Shown: positions 1 through 13,000 of the stretch, in pieces
Layout of the letters: each line of letters starts with the position of its first letter
Position numbering within the stretch: position 1 is the first letter of the stretch
Assembly (NCBI GenBank): GCA_030704615.1
Contig: CM060734.1
Coordinates: 25,730,001 to 25,794,000, forward strand
Direction of reading: 5' to 3'
DNA from: Takakia lepidozioides
Taxonomy: Eukaryota; Plantae; Bryophyta
Length of the DNA: 64,000 bases
The notes under the pieces: generated by a model
The model's input: the letters and a program-made list of their open reading frames with translations, nothing else
The model's database searches: none
What the model was told of the DNA's origin: nothing
Program-made: the position numbers and the translations under genes

Positions 1-477
1 GAAACTGAGAAAGAAAGATTGTCCAAACAATTCTGTCAGAGGTTCTTGGAATTGCCAGACCGTTGCAAGGAAAACATTCTTAAGAGAGTGCATGATGCTG
101 ATCCAGAGTGGGGTTTGGAGAAAGGAGTGATAAAGATTTATCAAGTGGCCTGTAGAGGGAGAGCAAGTTGGTTACCAACACTGGTTTATGTGATAGCATT
201 GCTATCCATTAAACGAGTGGAGTTTGAAAGCTGGGAGGAACGGAAGGTGAATGTTTACACTCATATGCATGAAGAACTTGAACTGGTAAAGAATTGGATT
301 CCTAAGGATATCTTGTGGATCAAACTTACACCAAGAATAGCTTTTCAGACGTGCTTGCCATATGGTTATATGGTAACGGAGCCTTCTAGTATAGCCAAGG
401 GTGCATTAAAGCTTGAAAGAAATCCAGGCATATACGAGAGATACTACAGAAGAGAGTTTTGGTTATTGCCTCATTAA
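1..477 (+). CDS. Extra ORF (ORF0) upstream of gag in family A, 5'-partial, unknown function
   Basis: Same protein as the intact 231-aa ORF at 62432-63127(-) and the broken copy at 55944-56597. Confidence 0.75.
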   Translation, partial: ETEKERLSKQFCQRFLELPDRCKENILKRVHDADPEWGLEKGVIKIYQVACRGRASWLPTLVYVIALLSIKRVEFESWEERKVNVYTHMHEELELVKNWIPKDILWIKLTPRIAFQTCLPYGYMVTEPSSIAKGALKLERNPGIYERYYRREFWLLPH

Positions 478-497
478 AGATATGAAAGACATGGGAC

Positions 498-1295
498 ATG
501 AGTGATGAAAGGGAAGCTAGACTCCACAGATATTCAGCGAAAAGAGAAAGTTATTTGAAAGCTAATTATCCATATCTCTGGGAGAGAGGAATAGACATAG
601 GGGAATCATCTGGACCTCTAACACCATTAAGGCCAGAGAGTACATCGCCCATACCGGAAGAAGCAGAATTGGAAGCCACTCCTTCTTATTCTTTACAAGA
701 AAGAGTAAGGGATTTGGTAGAGGAAGAAGATCAGCCACGAAGGGAAAGATCTGAGGTACATCCCTGGGTTAAAGATTTGACAGAAATCTTTGATCAGAGT
801 TGGCATGGAACACCAAGAGCAGGAACTCCACTTTCTGAAACACAAGACAAAGAAAGAGAGGAAGATGTGGCAGAGCCAACGGAGAGTTCAGACTCTCCAA
901 CACCACTTCATTTGAGTTATATGAGTGAGGAAGAAGAAATCCAAGAGAAGAACTTGGAAGATGAAAACAGAGAGAAGAATTTGGAAGATGAAGAGTATGA
1001 AGAAGTAGACCCAACAGTTGAGGTTGAGACTATACCCAGGACATCCCAACCTGTTGGACCTGGATCAAGTGGAGCACTTGGATCACAAGCCAACAAAGGT
1101 GTCGGCTCAGGGAGATCAGGCGGGCAGCTTGGATCTGGCTCTGGGGGGACAGAGAGTGTGGGAATTAGTGCAACTGGAGCTGGGGGTACTGCAAGTACAG
1201 GGGGGCCAGTAGCAGGGAGTGCTCAGGGGCCAACACCTGGTGGGAGTTCCACCACTACAACAGTAGGTCCTCAAGGACCAACACCTACAGAAGGA
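498..1295 (+). pseudogene. gag: Family A gag, acidic/Gly-rich N-terminal part, cut by the MULE-1 insertion
   Basis: MSDEREARL... matches 56618 and 62411(-). Gag similarity stops at the TSD at 1288-1295 and resumes at 13358. Confidence 0.85.
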
Positions 1296-1335
1296 GAGGT
1301 TAGCTATTTCATGAGCATGAGCGGCATGAGCGGAG
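1296..1335 (+). repeat. MULE-1 left TIR with CATGAG sub-repeats
   Basis: Inverted match to 13319-13357 and similar to the MULE-2 termini. Confidence 0.88.
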
Positions 1336-1519
1336 TAGTAAGACAATCGGTTTTCATGAGCAGAAGTACAAATTCTGCAAATAAAAAAAATGAAAAACAT
1401 TATTTTAATGGGATGTATCCAAAAAAAACAATATAATATTCATTGTTTGAAGTAGAAATTGTAGTTTTGAGAGCCGTGCTCATGATATTTCGTCTTCCGC
1501 TCATGCGAGTTGCGAGCGA

Positions 1520-1850
1520 CATCTGCAAAAATGGCGCCGAATTTCGCGATAATAGGTTCCGCAAGCAGAAAAATCGGCGACGTATTGCGCGGTAATAGGT
1601 GTCTCCGGCGAAAAATGGTGCCGAATTTCGCGGTTATAGGTCCCAACTTCATTGAAGTGTAAGCCCAAAATTTGGAAATGTGGCGCCGAATTTCGGTACA
1701 TGGTGCCGGACATTGCACAAATGTTGGGCAGTTCTGGGCCATGTAACTGGAAATTCGGCGCCATTTTTCCAGACATCGTTTCCAGACAATGTTGGGACTT
1801 AGCCAGTTTTCGGCCCAAAAAAAGAAATTCGGCGCCATTTTTCCAGAAAT
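1520..1850. repeat. Subterminal cluster of GGCGCC-centred imperfect palindromes (AAATGGCGCCGAATTT / AAATTCGGCGCCATTT)
   Basis: Motif cores at about 1533, 1617, 1682, 1757 and 1831. Confidence 0.8.
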
Positions 1851-2120
1851 GGCCCCCTCAACTGCAACTGTTGGAACTCAGTTTTCTGGAAGATTTGCAA
1901 ATTTTTCATGCCGCCATCTTTGTATTGATTCTGTTTCGACATTGAATTGCCACTGGACGTCAACGGATATCCAGCAGTCCCTAGTGTTTAAAAGACATCA
2001 CTTTAATATTGTCTGTCTCATTCCAGGAGTTTTGGGGTACAATTCATTACACTGCAAAACAAAGTCTAATGCATCAAAATGCAATTGCAAATATCCATAT
2101 GGTGGATTCCTTTTTCCCCA

Positions 2121-5100
2121 TCAATGATTTCTGGAATCCCGGCCGAGGAGTTTGTGCAGCTCATTCACGCTCAACGCTGGTGCATGAATAAAGTCATCAA
2201 TAGTCAAGTTCATCCTCAACCTCTTTAGGTAAATGTAATACAGATGCTTGCACGGATAATACTTTGACCCCTTCTTTGCTTCCATCAAGGAGAAGTCCGT
2301 ACAATTGCAAGTCGGCTCCACTCCAATCGTAATTGTGTATACGTCGTCGCATACAGCTGAGCCGGCCGTTGCCATCCGATAAACACGCCCAAGGCCGGGT
2401 GGGGGTACGTCCACGGAACTCTGAATAGTGCAAGCCATCCCAAGAGCATTGGCAATCCGAGTCTCATTCAACTTGTTGGGAGGGTGTCGTCTCTTCACTC
2501 TTCCGAATCGCATTGTGGGATGTGCAGAATTGTCCAATCCGTCTCTACTGGACCAAACAGTCTGCAATGGCTGGGTCTGAGGAACTGGAAACGAGTGGGC
2601 CGGGACGTCTGTGCGTTGCACCATTCAAAATCCTACTACAGAAAGAGCATCCGCCTCATTCTGAGAGAGGTTGCAACCCGGTGCAACAGGCCAGACGCCC
2701 GGAGGCTCCGGCATTCCTTGAATCCCATACTTGGGCTTGCCAAATACACAGGTCATTATGTCGTGCCTACAGAACCAAAACGTCTGCGTTGTGGCGTGAG
2801 AGAATGTGGGAGTAAAATATCTACCGCTGAAACAAGGTGCAGGTACAGCACCGTGTGGGTTCCTCCGAATCATCTCACCACAGCGTGCTCTAGTATCCAC
2901 CCGAATGGCGCAGCACTTCCCTCGAAATGCCGACAATGTCTTTGCAATTCTCCACTGTGACTCCGATACTCTTGTCTCCACAATGGGTATGTTGTACTGC
3001 GTTACTACAGATGGCTCGTTATGTTCCTCGGGCACGTGCCCCGTGCTCAAAGGAGATGGCGATCTTGAATGTGCAGGACTTGTGGTGCTCGACGAGACCT
3101 CCTTGGGCAACATCATGGGACCACAAGGGAGCGTGCGAATATTCTTGTCAGCTCGCCATGAATCCTCTTCTCTGACGTTGTCCACCAAGCCCGCATACAT
3201 GCAAATTGTGTCTCTGCATCATCCAAGGTGGGAGCATGCTTCCACGCAAGACACATGGAACGGTGCTCCTCTCTGAAATCTGGCGCCACGAGCCGGGTTG
3301 TGTATTGCGACAAGCTCTACAGAAAATGGAACCCACAAGATCTCTCTTTGCCTTCCATCGGAACATTGGGGTCTTCCCTGTACACCCTTCAGATGGCAGT
3401 CCAATTTGCTTGTGCGTTGTCTGCCATGAAACCACGGAAATTGGGAGGGGGCAATCCCGCTCTGGCCATCTGTTCGTTTATTCCCTGCCAAAGAAGCATC
3501 TCCGATTGTGTCCCCTCTCCTTTCATCTCACAAATAGCAGTTGTTATTAGCATCCTGCAGTGGGTGTCGTAGACATGTGCAGCCATTGTTACCCACTGGT
3601 GATTTGTAATTTGCTTGATATGGTCGAACATGACCCAACTGTTTGACAAGTCCCCACTCGTCATCCGGTCGACCAGTTCGACGCCGCTGCCACGCCCACA
3701 CGTGGACATTTTGAATACAAAACAACGATCTGCCTCAGTCCCTTGTCCAGGAAACCTACTTCCATGAATGTAGTCATATCCACATCGTCGCTTCACCTCC
3801 AGAATGGAGTGCATATTCGAGCCACGCCCAATTTTTTGTTTGCAGGAGACAATGTGGTTTCGGACATTTGGTGAACAGACGTGGGACACTAACTCTAGCA
3901 ATGCCTCCATTTCCTTCTCATCGAGAGGAACTATGTCGGAGCCGTCTTCCGACATAATTTTGGCCAATGCCATCTTATGGGCGGCCTGCAGCTGTATCTG
4001 TTTGGGTTTGGCACCAGGTCTCAACCTAACCTCCTCCTGAACGAGCTGATCTGCCTCGTGGGCAGCCTCCCGCGAGTTCCTCCTCGCCAATTTGTGACAA
4101 TGGGAACCAACGTGTATGCAAGCTCGTGTAAGGTCAGGGATACGGTGCAACACATAGAACTGCTTGGCATTACAAACAGACATGCAATGTGGTGGTTCTT
4201 TGCAATGCGCACACTTAAATGTGGAGTTTGGAACCTTCTCCTGAGCTCGAAATGGTTGGTGAGCTGTGCCTGTCCAGTCCGTCTCGTTCCTGTGACCTTT
4301 GGATTTAAAGTGGAAGCAAGTTGGGGAGAAACACCGCAACGCGCTCGCACATACAACATAGCGCACCCGCACACCATCGAGCACCTTCATGCTGGTGGTT
4401 TTGGTGACGCACCAAGGATGACCGTCATGTTTCCTATCCATATCTTTCAACATTCCGGACGCCCTCGAATAGTCCGTTCGAGGAGGAACTCAAAGAACAT
4501 ATTACCGTCAACGTCTGCAGGAAGACATGTAACGGATTTAATGGCAAACTTGCTGTAGTCCAGCCCAGCCAGCTCCGAGCGGTGTCCCTCCATGTGAAGC
4601 CCTCGCAGAATTTCAAGAATGGATCGAACTGCTATGTTCGTGCTGGGAATATGACTCCCTCGTCCGCTGATGTCCATTGAGGACTTGCCTGATCTCCAGG
4701 ATGATCTCGGAACTTCCATGACCTCGTCGGAGTCGGACTGGTTGTGAACAACCCTCGCTCGTCTTCATTGATGGGTTTGGCTCTGGATTTACTTCGTTGT
4801 GGACTTCTCTCTTTGAGGTGCCCACTCTCTGATTCGCGGATTGTTTCGTGGAAGGCGCCAGGATAGAAGGCACATTTGGCGGGCAAATGAAGTCCCCAAC
4901 AGCCCTGTATATGACGTTGTCCGATGGTGGAACTTGCCATTCCCTGCCGTAGCCGAAATCATCGTGGAGCACAACAATACTTTCGACTACAACTCCGTTT
5001 GAATCCTTTCTTTCCTTCTCCAAAAATACCGACCCCGGTTTCAGGTGGTATCGAACGCAGAGATATTTCTCCATCACCCGGCAGATCTCCCCTCTGCATG

Positions 5101-5161
5101 GAAATGTAGCTCTATGCTCGTGAGGAGGGCAGTACACTATATCGCTCGGGTTTTCTGCCAT
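2121..5161 (-). pseudogene. MULE-1 transposase (GCM/WRKY-like Zn finger, DDE core, Cys-rich domain, C-terminal SWIM), broken
   Basis: Motifs HDGHPWC..CAHC..HVGSHCH, VMFDH, GFMADNAQANW, CGFH and the SWIM CNC...CKH are present. It has stops and frameshifts, and a deletion near 3180 removes the TTNxAES catalytic-Glu exon seen in MULE-2. Confidence 0.88.
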
Positions 5162-5609
5162 GGGAGTTGTGCACACAAGACTGCCAGGACGATGTTCAGA
5201 CAAGCGCCCTGGGAGAAGGGGGGATGCAGCGAGGGGAAGGAATGCAGGGCTGATTTTTGGAAGCGACGAAGCCTATTCATGAATCCGGGGAGCCCACTCT
5301 CTCGAAAATCCACTTTCAGAGAGTTAATGAACCTTGTCTGCGGAATGCGGCCCCTGGCCTTTGCGCAATAACTGCCATCGGTATGCAGTCAGAAGGTATA
5401 TGACCTGTGCAGATGCGCTGGGCAAACCAATCATTACGGCGTCTGACAAGAAGCGTGGGGGGGCGAGCGTGCAAGCACCTTCCCCATGGACAGAGGGAAC
5501 TGACAGAGGTGGCATTCCAGTGGGTCTGATTACAAGATTGAGTGCCAAAACCTCGTTGCCAATCGTCAACATACAACAGCGGCGCTGAATTTGCAGCCGA
5601 GGCCGGTCG

Positions 5610-6250
5610 GACGAAGTCGTCTCGGGGGTGAGTCAGTCACCGGGCCGACAGAGAACATCCCCCGGATGGAAAAACGGCGCCGAATTTCCATCCGAGGCCC
5701 GTTGGATGAAGTCGTCTCGGGGGGAGAGGCCGACACATGGCCGACAGAGAATATCCCCCGGATGGAAAAACGGCGCCGAATTTCCATCCGAGGCCCGTTG
5801 GATGAAGTCGTCTTGGGGGGAGAGGCCGACACCTGGCCGACAGAGAACATCCCCGGGAAGGAAAAACGGCGCCGAATTTCCATCCGAGGCCTGTTGGATG
5901 AAGTCGTCTCGGGGGGAGAGGCCGACACCTGGCCGACAGAGAACATCCCCCGGATGGAAATTCGGCGCCGAATTTCCATCCGAGGCCCGTGGGATGAAGT
6001 CGTCTCGGGGGGAGAGGCCGACACATGGCCGACAGAGAACATCCCCCGGATGGAAAAATGGCGCCGAATTTCCATCCGAGGCCCGTGGGATGAAGTCGTC
6101 TCGGGGGGAGAGGCCGACACATGGCCGACAGAGAACATCCCCCGGATGGAAAAACGGAGCCGAATTTCCATCCGAGGCCCGTTGGATGAAGTCGTCTCGG
6201 GGGAAGAGGCTTTTGGGATCCGAGGTTTTGACACGTGGCTGACAGAGAAC
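5610..6250. repeat. 96-bp tandem repeat (~6 copies), each with one GGATGGAAA(A/T)(A/T)CGGCGCCGAATTTCCATCC palindrome
   Basis: GCCGACAGAGAA recurs every ~96 bp from 5644 (next at 5740). A perfect 32-bp palindrome lies at 5951-5982. Confidence 0.92.
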
Positions 6251-6254
6251 ATCC

Positions 6255-6665
6255 CCCCCGGATGGAAATTCGGCGCCGAATTTCCATCCGGCCGCGCTCC
6301 AAATTACCTCCAGGATGGAAATTCGGCGCCGTTTTTCCATCCGGCCGCGCTCCGAATTACCTAGCGGATGGAAATTCGGCGCCGGATTTCCATCCGGCCG
6401 CGCTCCGAATTACCTCTGGGATGGAAATTCGGCGCCGTTTTTCCATCCGGCCGCGCTCCGAATTACCTGGCGGATGGAAATTCGGCGCCGGATTTCCATC
6501 CGGCCGCGCTCTGAATTACCTCTGGGATGGAAATTCGGCGTCGTTTTTCCATCCGGCCGCGCTCCGAATTACCTGGCGGATGGAAATTCGGCACCGGATT
6601 TCCATCCGGCCGCGCTCCGAATTACCTGCAGGATGGAAATGCGGCGCCGGATTTCCATCCGGCGT
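6255..6665. repeat. 53-bp tandem repeat (~8 copies, alternating variants) carrying the same palindrome
   Basis: GGATGGAAATTCGGCGCCG..TTTCCATCCGGCCGCGCTCCGAATTACCT recurs every 53 bp. Confidence 0.92.
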
Positions 6666-7019
6666 CTCCTGGATGAGAACGGCTCGGGCGGAGGGATGGC
6701 CTCGTTGCGTCATACTTCATCCGCTGGATGGAAATTCGGCGCCAATTTTTTCCATCCAGCGGGCGATTGACGAAGTCTCGGGGGGGGGGGGGGGTGGGGG
6801 GGGGGGCGCCTGTGACCGACCTCCATACCTACGACATTTAATGGCGCAGTTGCGCATTAAATGTCCTCCATCGTCGGTTTTGAACAGGGCTGGCGACACA
6901 GGGATTCCGCGCTTGCTTCCCGGATACGCCTTGGAAACCTAATGCTAAACTTGGATGAACTTCTATTCGAGGCATGTACACACACATACTGTGAGATCTT
7001 TTTTCTTTTGCTGGGACTT

Positions 7020-10000
7020 ATGCCGCGTGGAGGAGGCCGTGGCTCTCTTGAGAGAAACCCCACATCCAGACCGCGGATGCTCGAGCAGGAAATTCCATTG
7101 TCTTGCTCACAGCCCGCGCCAACTAAAGCCGAGCACTCTCAGGTTCCGCCCCTTCCTCTTTCGGTTTTCTTCGTTTTTTTAGTTTGTTTTCGCATCTTCC
7201 GCCTGGCAGCCCTGGAAGCGCATGGTTGCAACGCAAAAGCACGAGTTGTTGAGTAGAATGATCAAGGTCAGAGTGGTTAGAAAGGAGCCAGGTTGTTGCT
7301 GCATTCAGATTTGCAACAGGGTGCACACCTCGCTGTAGATAACAGGTTGCATCTCGGAATTAAGGAAATCCATGCTGAGCTGGGAAGATTGTCTGAGCAG
7401 ATGAAGTGCCTTCAAAACATTTCACCCTGTTTTCCCGTCTTATGGAATTCCTGTTCATTTGTTCGTCGTGTTTCATGTTGATTTCTGCAAGTTAATGGTT
7501 TAGTGAACCTTAGATAGTTTGCAATGCGTGTGCAAAGCCGGCAGCTCTGGAGAAGGCTGCTTGTGCATGTCATTCTTAGGCATTGGTTGGATTTGTTTTT
7601 CATTGTTGTTCCATGCCACTCCATACTTGGTTTTGTTTTGTTTTCATTGTTGTTCCACGATTGTTGCGATGGTGGTTGCGCTGCTCGTTGCGATGGTGGT
7701 TTTCATTCCGATGTTGGTTCTCACGATTTTTGGGGATGACAGAGTGACGATGAGCCCGACACGCTGGTGGTATCATCGACAGCTCCAACTGGTCGAGCAG
7801 TGACTCCAAAAGCCGCTACTCATTGCATGTTTGGATCGCCCAACTTGGGGCGGGAGGGCAAACTAAAACCTTTTGTTGGTGGACGGGAGGACCTGCAGCG
7901 AGAGTACGACAGAATAGACATTGGGGAGGTTGGTGCAGGCGGCATGGCACGTGAAGGGCGTCGGATGAGGATAGCAGATCCGGCAATGGAGGATGTTGAT
8001 GCACATGCAGTAGGGCCTGCCCACGCAAAGAAGAAGAAGAAAGCCAAGCACATGCAATCCCCGGCGAGAGAGCCGTCACGGGCTCCGGAGGGGGGAGTGA
8101 GCAGGGCGCGCGAGGGTGTCAGTTCGCCTCAATAAAAGGTGGTCGTCCTGGAGGCCTCCCTTGCTTCTACCCCTAGTAAGAAACAGAAGGCCCGTGAGAG
8201 GGCAAAAGAGAGGGTAAAAGAACAGGCGAGACAGAAGGCTAGCCAGAAGGCAAGAGAAAAGGCCACTGAAGAGGCCAGGGGTGTCGAAATGACAGATGCC
8301 CATGTAAGCGAGGGACGCACAGAGACGGTGGATCCCTCCAAGACACCACAAAAAGGCAGTAACACACCGCTTACACCATCGCAGGCAGGAGCAGCCCCTG
8401 CAATTACCCATACGGTGGAGACTGGAGGAGGTGAAAGAACACCACAAAGAGCACGGATTGTGCAAGTTCGAGGTGAAGCCGGGGAGAGGGCAGTAGACGG
8501 AGAGAGTGCACCAGGTGCTTCCGCCGGAGGATGACCATGTTGAGGACGACGAGAGGGAGCTTTCTGACCAGGATGACATCCTCCCGGACATCCCCAGGCC
8601 CCAAACCCAAAGCATACAGGCTGGGATTTGGCGGTCTGGGTGGGCTGCCGGAGAACCCCCCTGCAACAGACGTCATGTCGGCGGCGGATATGAAGTTGGC
8701 CACTGCCAAGATGTTGGAGGCAACCCACAGCAACATTGGCAGGGTCCTGGGGGGCATGGTGTACCCGGCCAAGCTTCAGATTCCCCTTTGCCGCTTGGTT
8801 TCATTGTAGGTGGTGAGACCTGCCCTCCCAGGCGATATCGACAAGCTGAAATTCTCTTTCTGGGAGGGATATCGAATGGGGTCTGCCGCGTTTTACGTTT
8901 CCATGGAGAACGACCATGGAGCTTCTCGTGCCCACACTTCCGATGAGGTGGACAAATGGGGTCCCGATTAGCAAAGGCGAAATGAGGAGTTCGAGAGATT
9001 GATTGCTACTGATCCTCTTTTCTAGCACTTGTCCGGAAAGATGTTTTACATGTGGAACGACAATCATCGCCTCCTGGCATGGATGGAGTACATAGCCAAG
9101 CCCACCCCAACAACCTGGATTGACATTTCGCCGTGGAGTGTGTTGTGCTCAAGGTTGCGGGGCCCAAAGATCGTAGTCTTCTCAAAGCGGCAATGACAGA
9201 CATCAACTCGTAAGTTACAATGCTTCTTGCTTTGGAACTTTGAATTTGAAACAGTCATTTCATTGCCAATCGTCATATTTGTTGCAAATTATCATTTCTG
9301 TATTGTTTAATGGAAATGTGGCATTGCAGGGTGACTGAGAATGCCTTCATTGCCACCAACTTGTCCCATATACTCTTCCGAGTGAAGGATGTCGGGAAGC
9401 AGGGGGTGCAAGAGTTTGCCAATTCGCTTAGTGCCGAATTCCTGCGCAAGTCGGAGGCAAAGGCAGACAGAACCTGGTATAGGCTGAGCATGGATGCCAT
9501 GGTGGACTACATATTTCGGGTAAAGCTCCTCACTGTTTTGTTGAGCTAATATGTCTCTCCTCCCCCAATAGAAGAAAAAGTGTTGAGCAGGATCTCTAAT
9601 CTTATGTGCGCATTCTTGACAGATGAAAATTCAGCAAGATTTGGCACATGCGCGGAGGTTCTACATGGAGTCAGAGGAGAAAAAACTAACCCTCCCGGCA
9701 CTAGAATCGTATCTCAAAGCTGCGGAGGCGAAGGCCCGCATCAAGTACAAGTCGCGGATGGTAAAGTACGTGGCCATAGCTGATCCCGCCCTTGGTGCCG
9801 ATTTTCTGGTGGAGGTGGGGAAGCACTACTCCCACGCTTTGAAGCCCATGATGACTCTTAACCAAATTGTAGTGGCAGCAATTCGTTTTTGTGATGTTTG
9901 GCGCTTACTAATATGTTGGGTGGTTGGACAGACCCGGTGGCTCCAAATCTGGAATGGTTCCCAAAGTACAAGGGACATGTGGAGCTTCCCCAAACCCGAC

Positions 10001-13000
10001 AAATTGTCCGACCCCACATGTGGATGAACCGCATGACATGGTGGTTTCAGGTACTTTACCACGCTTCATTTGGGGCGTCTACTCTTGTATCGGATGGATT
10101 TATTGTATTTTTTGAGGAAAGCGGTCTGATGGAGAATCTCCACAGGTGACGACGAATGCGCAAGAGCAGCTTGACACACAAGCACATCAGTTCAAGCTGG
10201 AGATTTCTGGTGAAGCAGAGAGCCTACGGGACTATGTGACGAGGTACTTTCTGCTCTACAAAACCGACCTATTCTTTCGAGAGATACCCCATGCCCGCCG
10301 GAGCCACGAGTTCACCGACCAGCCGAACGCGGACAAAGTGGCAATGCGCCTTCTGTACAGGTACATATGCTGTGCCTTTCTTTTTAGTCCCAACATTTCG
10401 AGGATGTAAGAGGCCTTATGTGGCGCATGAAAAATAGTTTTGGTCCTTGGAAAAATGGCGCCAAATTGGGCCCTGGGGGGCTGTCCAAGGGGGTGGCTGG
10501 CACTCAGTCTGGAAATTCGGCGCCATTTTTCCAGTTGCAGGCCCAGTCAGATCTGGGACTTAGCCATTCTCGGCCCCAACCTGGGAAAATGGCGCCAAAT
10601 TTCCAGTTCAGGGCCCCGAAAATGGCTAAGTCCCTGGGGTGGCTGGCACCGAAATTGGAAATTCGGCGCCATTTTTCCAGTTCCGGGCCCAGTCAGTTCT
10701 GGGACTTAGCCATTTTCGGGCCCAACCAGGGAAAATGGCGCCAAATTTCCAGTGCACGGCCCCAAAAATGGCTAAGTCCCTTTAGAGGCAGGCACCTCAA
10801 CTGGAAATTCGGCGCCATTTTTCCAGTTCCGGGCCCAGTGGGTTTTGGGACTTAGGCATTTTCGGCCCCAACCTGGGAAAATGGCGCCGGTTTTCCAGTG
10901 CAGGGCCCCGAAAATGGCTAAGTCCCTAGTGTGGCTGGCACCGAAACTGGAAATTCGGTGCCATTTTTCCAGTTCCGGGCCTAGTCATTTTCATTCCCTA
11001 AAATTTACCTCGTTCCCGGGACCTCATTATGTGTGTTTCTTGAATGCAGGTACTGCAAGTTCTCCCTTTTGGATAAAGGACATCTGTCCTTCGAGCCGCC
11101 ATTCTTCCTCGCATGGAGGATCCCTAGGGCTGACTCCATGTACACTGACGTTATCGTGAAGGAGTGGCATCTGGAACATTTGCGCGACTGCCCTTGGTAT
11201 GTGGACCTTTTGCCCGGCTCGCTCGACCCATCCGAGTTTCAATTGAAGCTGGATACTGAGGCTCGACGAAACCGGGCTCCGCTGCCTCCGCTGGGTCCAA
11301 AGGAGGCGAGAGCGCTTGCCCAGTCTAGGAAAGCGGCAGAGCTTGCTCAGGTAGGTATTCAAGAGAAATTGAATGAGAAGAATAAAGGACAAAAGAAAAG
11401 GACACGGAAACAGGGGAGTACAGTAACCCCCAAAAAATAGAAAACCACCGGGGCACCAGAGGAGGCGCAAGAGGGGCCCCAAGGGAGTGACTCCAACGAC
11501 CACTTTGTGCAAGGTCCTGCGACTGCTGCTGCTGGTACCAAGTCACCGGTCGTCCGGGTTCCCAAGTCAGTTCGGACTGGGACTGGCTCTGCCAAGAAGT
11601 TGGCATTTGAGGGCGAGCCTACACGGCGGTATTCGGCGGTGACGTTTCCGAAGAGGCCAAAGCTAGAACCCCCAACCATCATCCAATGTGTCAATGAGAG
11701 CTTCCTTGACGCTCTGGTTGCTAGGGCGAAGAAGGTGGCACACAACAAGTCTGTGGAGGAGCAGAAGGGGAAAGCCAAGAAGAGGGCTCCCAGTACAGAG
11801 CCTAAAGACACCCCTGGTTTCGAATCCATGATGGAATTCTTCACGGCTGTGAGCACGGATTGCAAGAGCACTCGGGGGGGGGGGGGGGTTTGAGGTGGAG
11901 AGAGCCTGCGATATGATTCTCCTCAATATTCCAGATGGGGAGCTGCTGGAGGGCCTGGATGGTGTGCCCATCTGGAACAGGTTTACTGAGGACTACTGGA
12001 GAGCCGGGTTTGGGCTGGCGGGGATGCCTCTAGATGACGGTGGATGTATGGTGGTCCTTGCCATACAAGGACGTTGTGGACCCTGTTACCTACGATGTGC
12101 TCTACAACTATGTGCCCCACTCCAGTATGCCAAAGAACACAAAGACAGGCAAACCGTGGCGGTACAGCTGGACCCGGAGCCCTGCTTTCATCCAAACCCT
12201 CATGGAGACGTGCTCAGATGTCCAAGGGCGGATTCTTGACCTCACATGCGGCACGGGTAAGCCTTCACGTGCACATTTTGTCCCTTGGCCCGATTGCAAT
12301 TGCATGCCGCATGCTACTAACCGCCCGTTTTGTCCCTCAGGTGCTTCAATGTGGGCAGGGACGTTGCCCGACATGCATGTCTTCGCCTTCGAGCCAGATA
12401 CTGCCCTCCACAACTCCGAACTTGCAGCGGCTGAATGTCTGCCAAAAGAGGAAGAGGCATCCTCGGAGGATGAGGAAGAATCCGACAAGGAGCAGGGGGA
12501 GGTACAAGTTGGGATCGAGGCTGAGGAGCCCCCGGTTTACGAGTGAGTGGTCGCATTGTAAGTTGCCTCCTGATTTCGTGAGGCACCTCCCTTCGCTTTC
12601 TTATTTCATTGAAAGACCCTTTTTTGCTTCTGCTGGTATTGACATTCTTAAAGTGGATTTGTTCTTACTGCAGGATGCCAAGTACTGCAGGAGGGACGTC
12701 TACACCGCAGTTCATGGGCAGGAGGAACGTGCCCTTTTTTGCCAGGGGGGATTTCATGCCTAGTCCAGAAAGGGACTACATCCTTCTTACTTATGCTGCC
12801 CGGCTTGCTTCAGTGTCCATTAGGAGGTCTTCCGAACCTAGTCGTGTACAACAGATTTTAGACGAGACAAGCCTCAAGAAAATGGAGATGAGGGAGGAGC
12901 CAACAGCTATTAGAGCCCGTCAGGCTTGTAGATTTGTCTTGGATTCTGCTGAGGAAAGTGGGGGAGAAGAGGCAGAAGATTCCCAGGAGGTGAGGTGGAC

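Noticed and set aside
498-1436. 312-aa ORF as a complete gene
   Set aside because: Chimera: gag N-terminus reading through into the MULE-1 left TIR.
5566-6942. Several 200-260 aa ORFs on both strands
   Set aside because: By-products of stop-poor 96-bp and 53-bp palindromic tandem repeats; open in most frames, with no counterpart in MULE-2.
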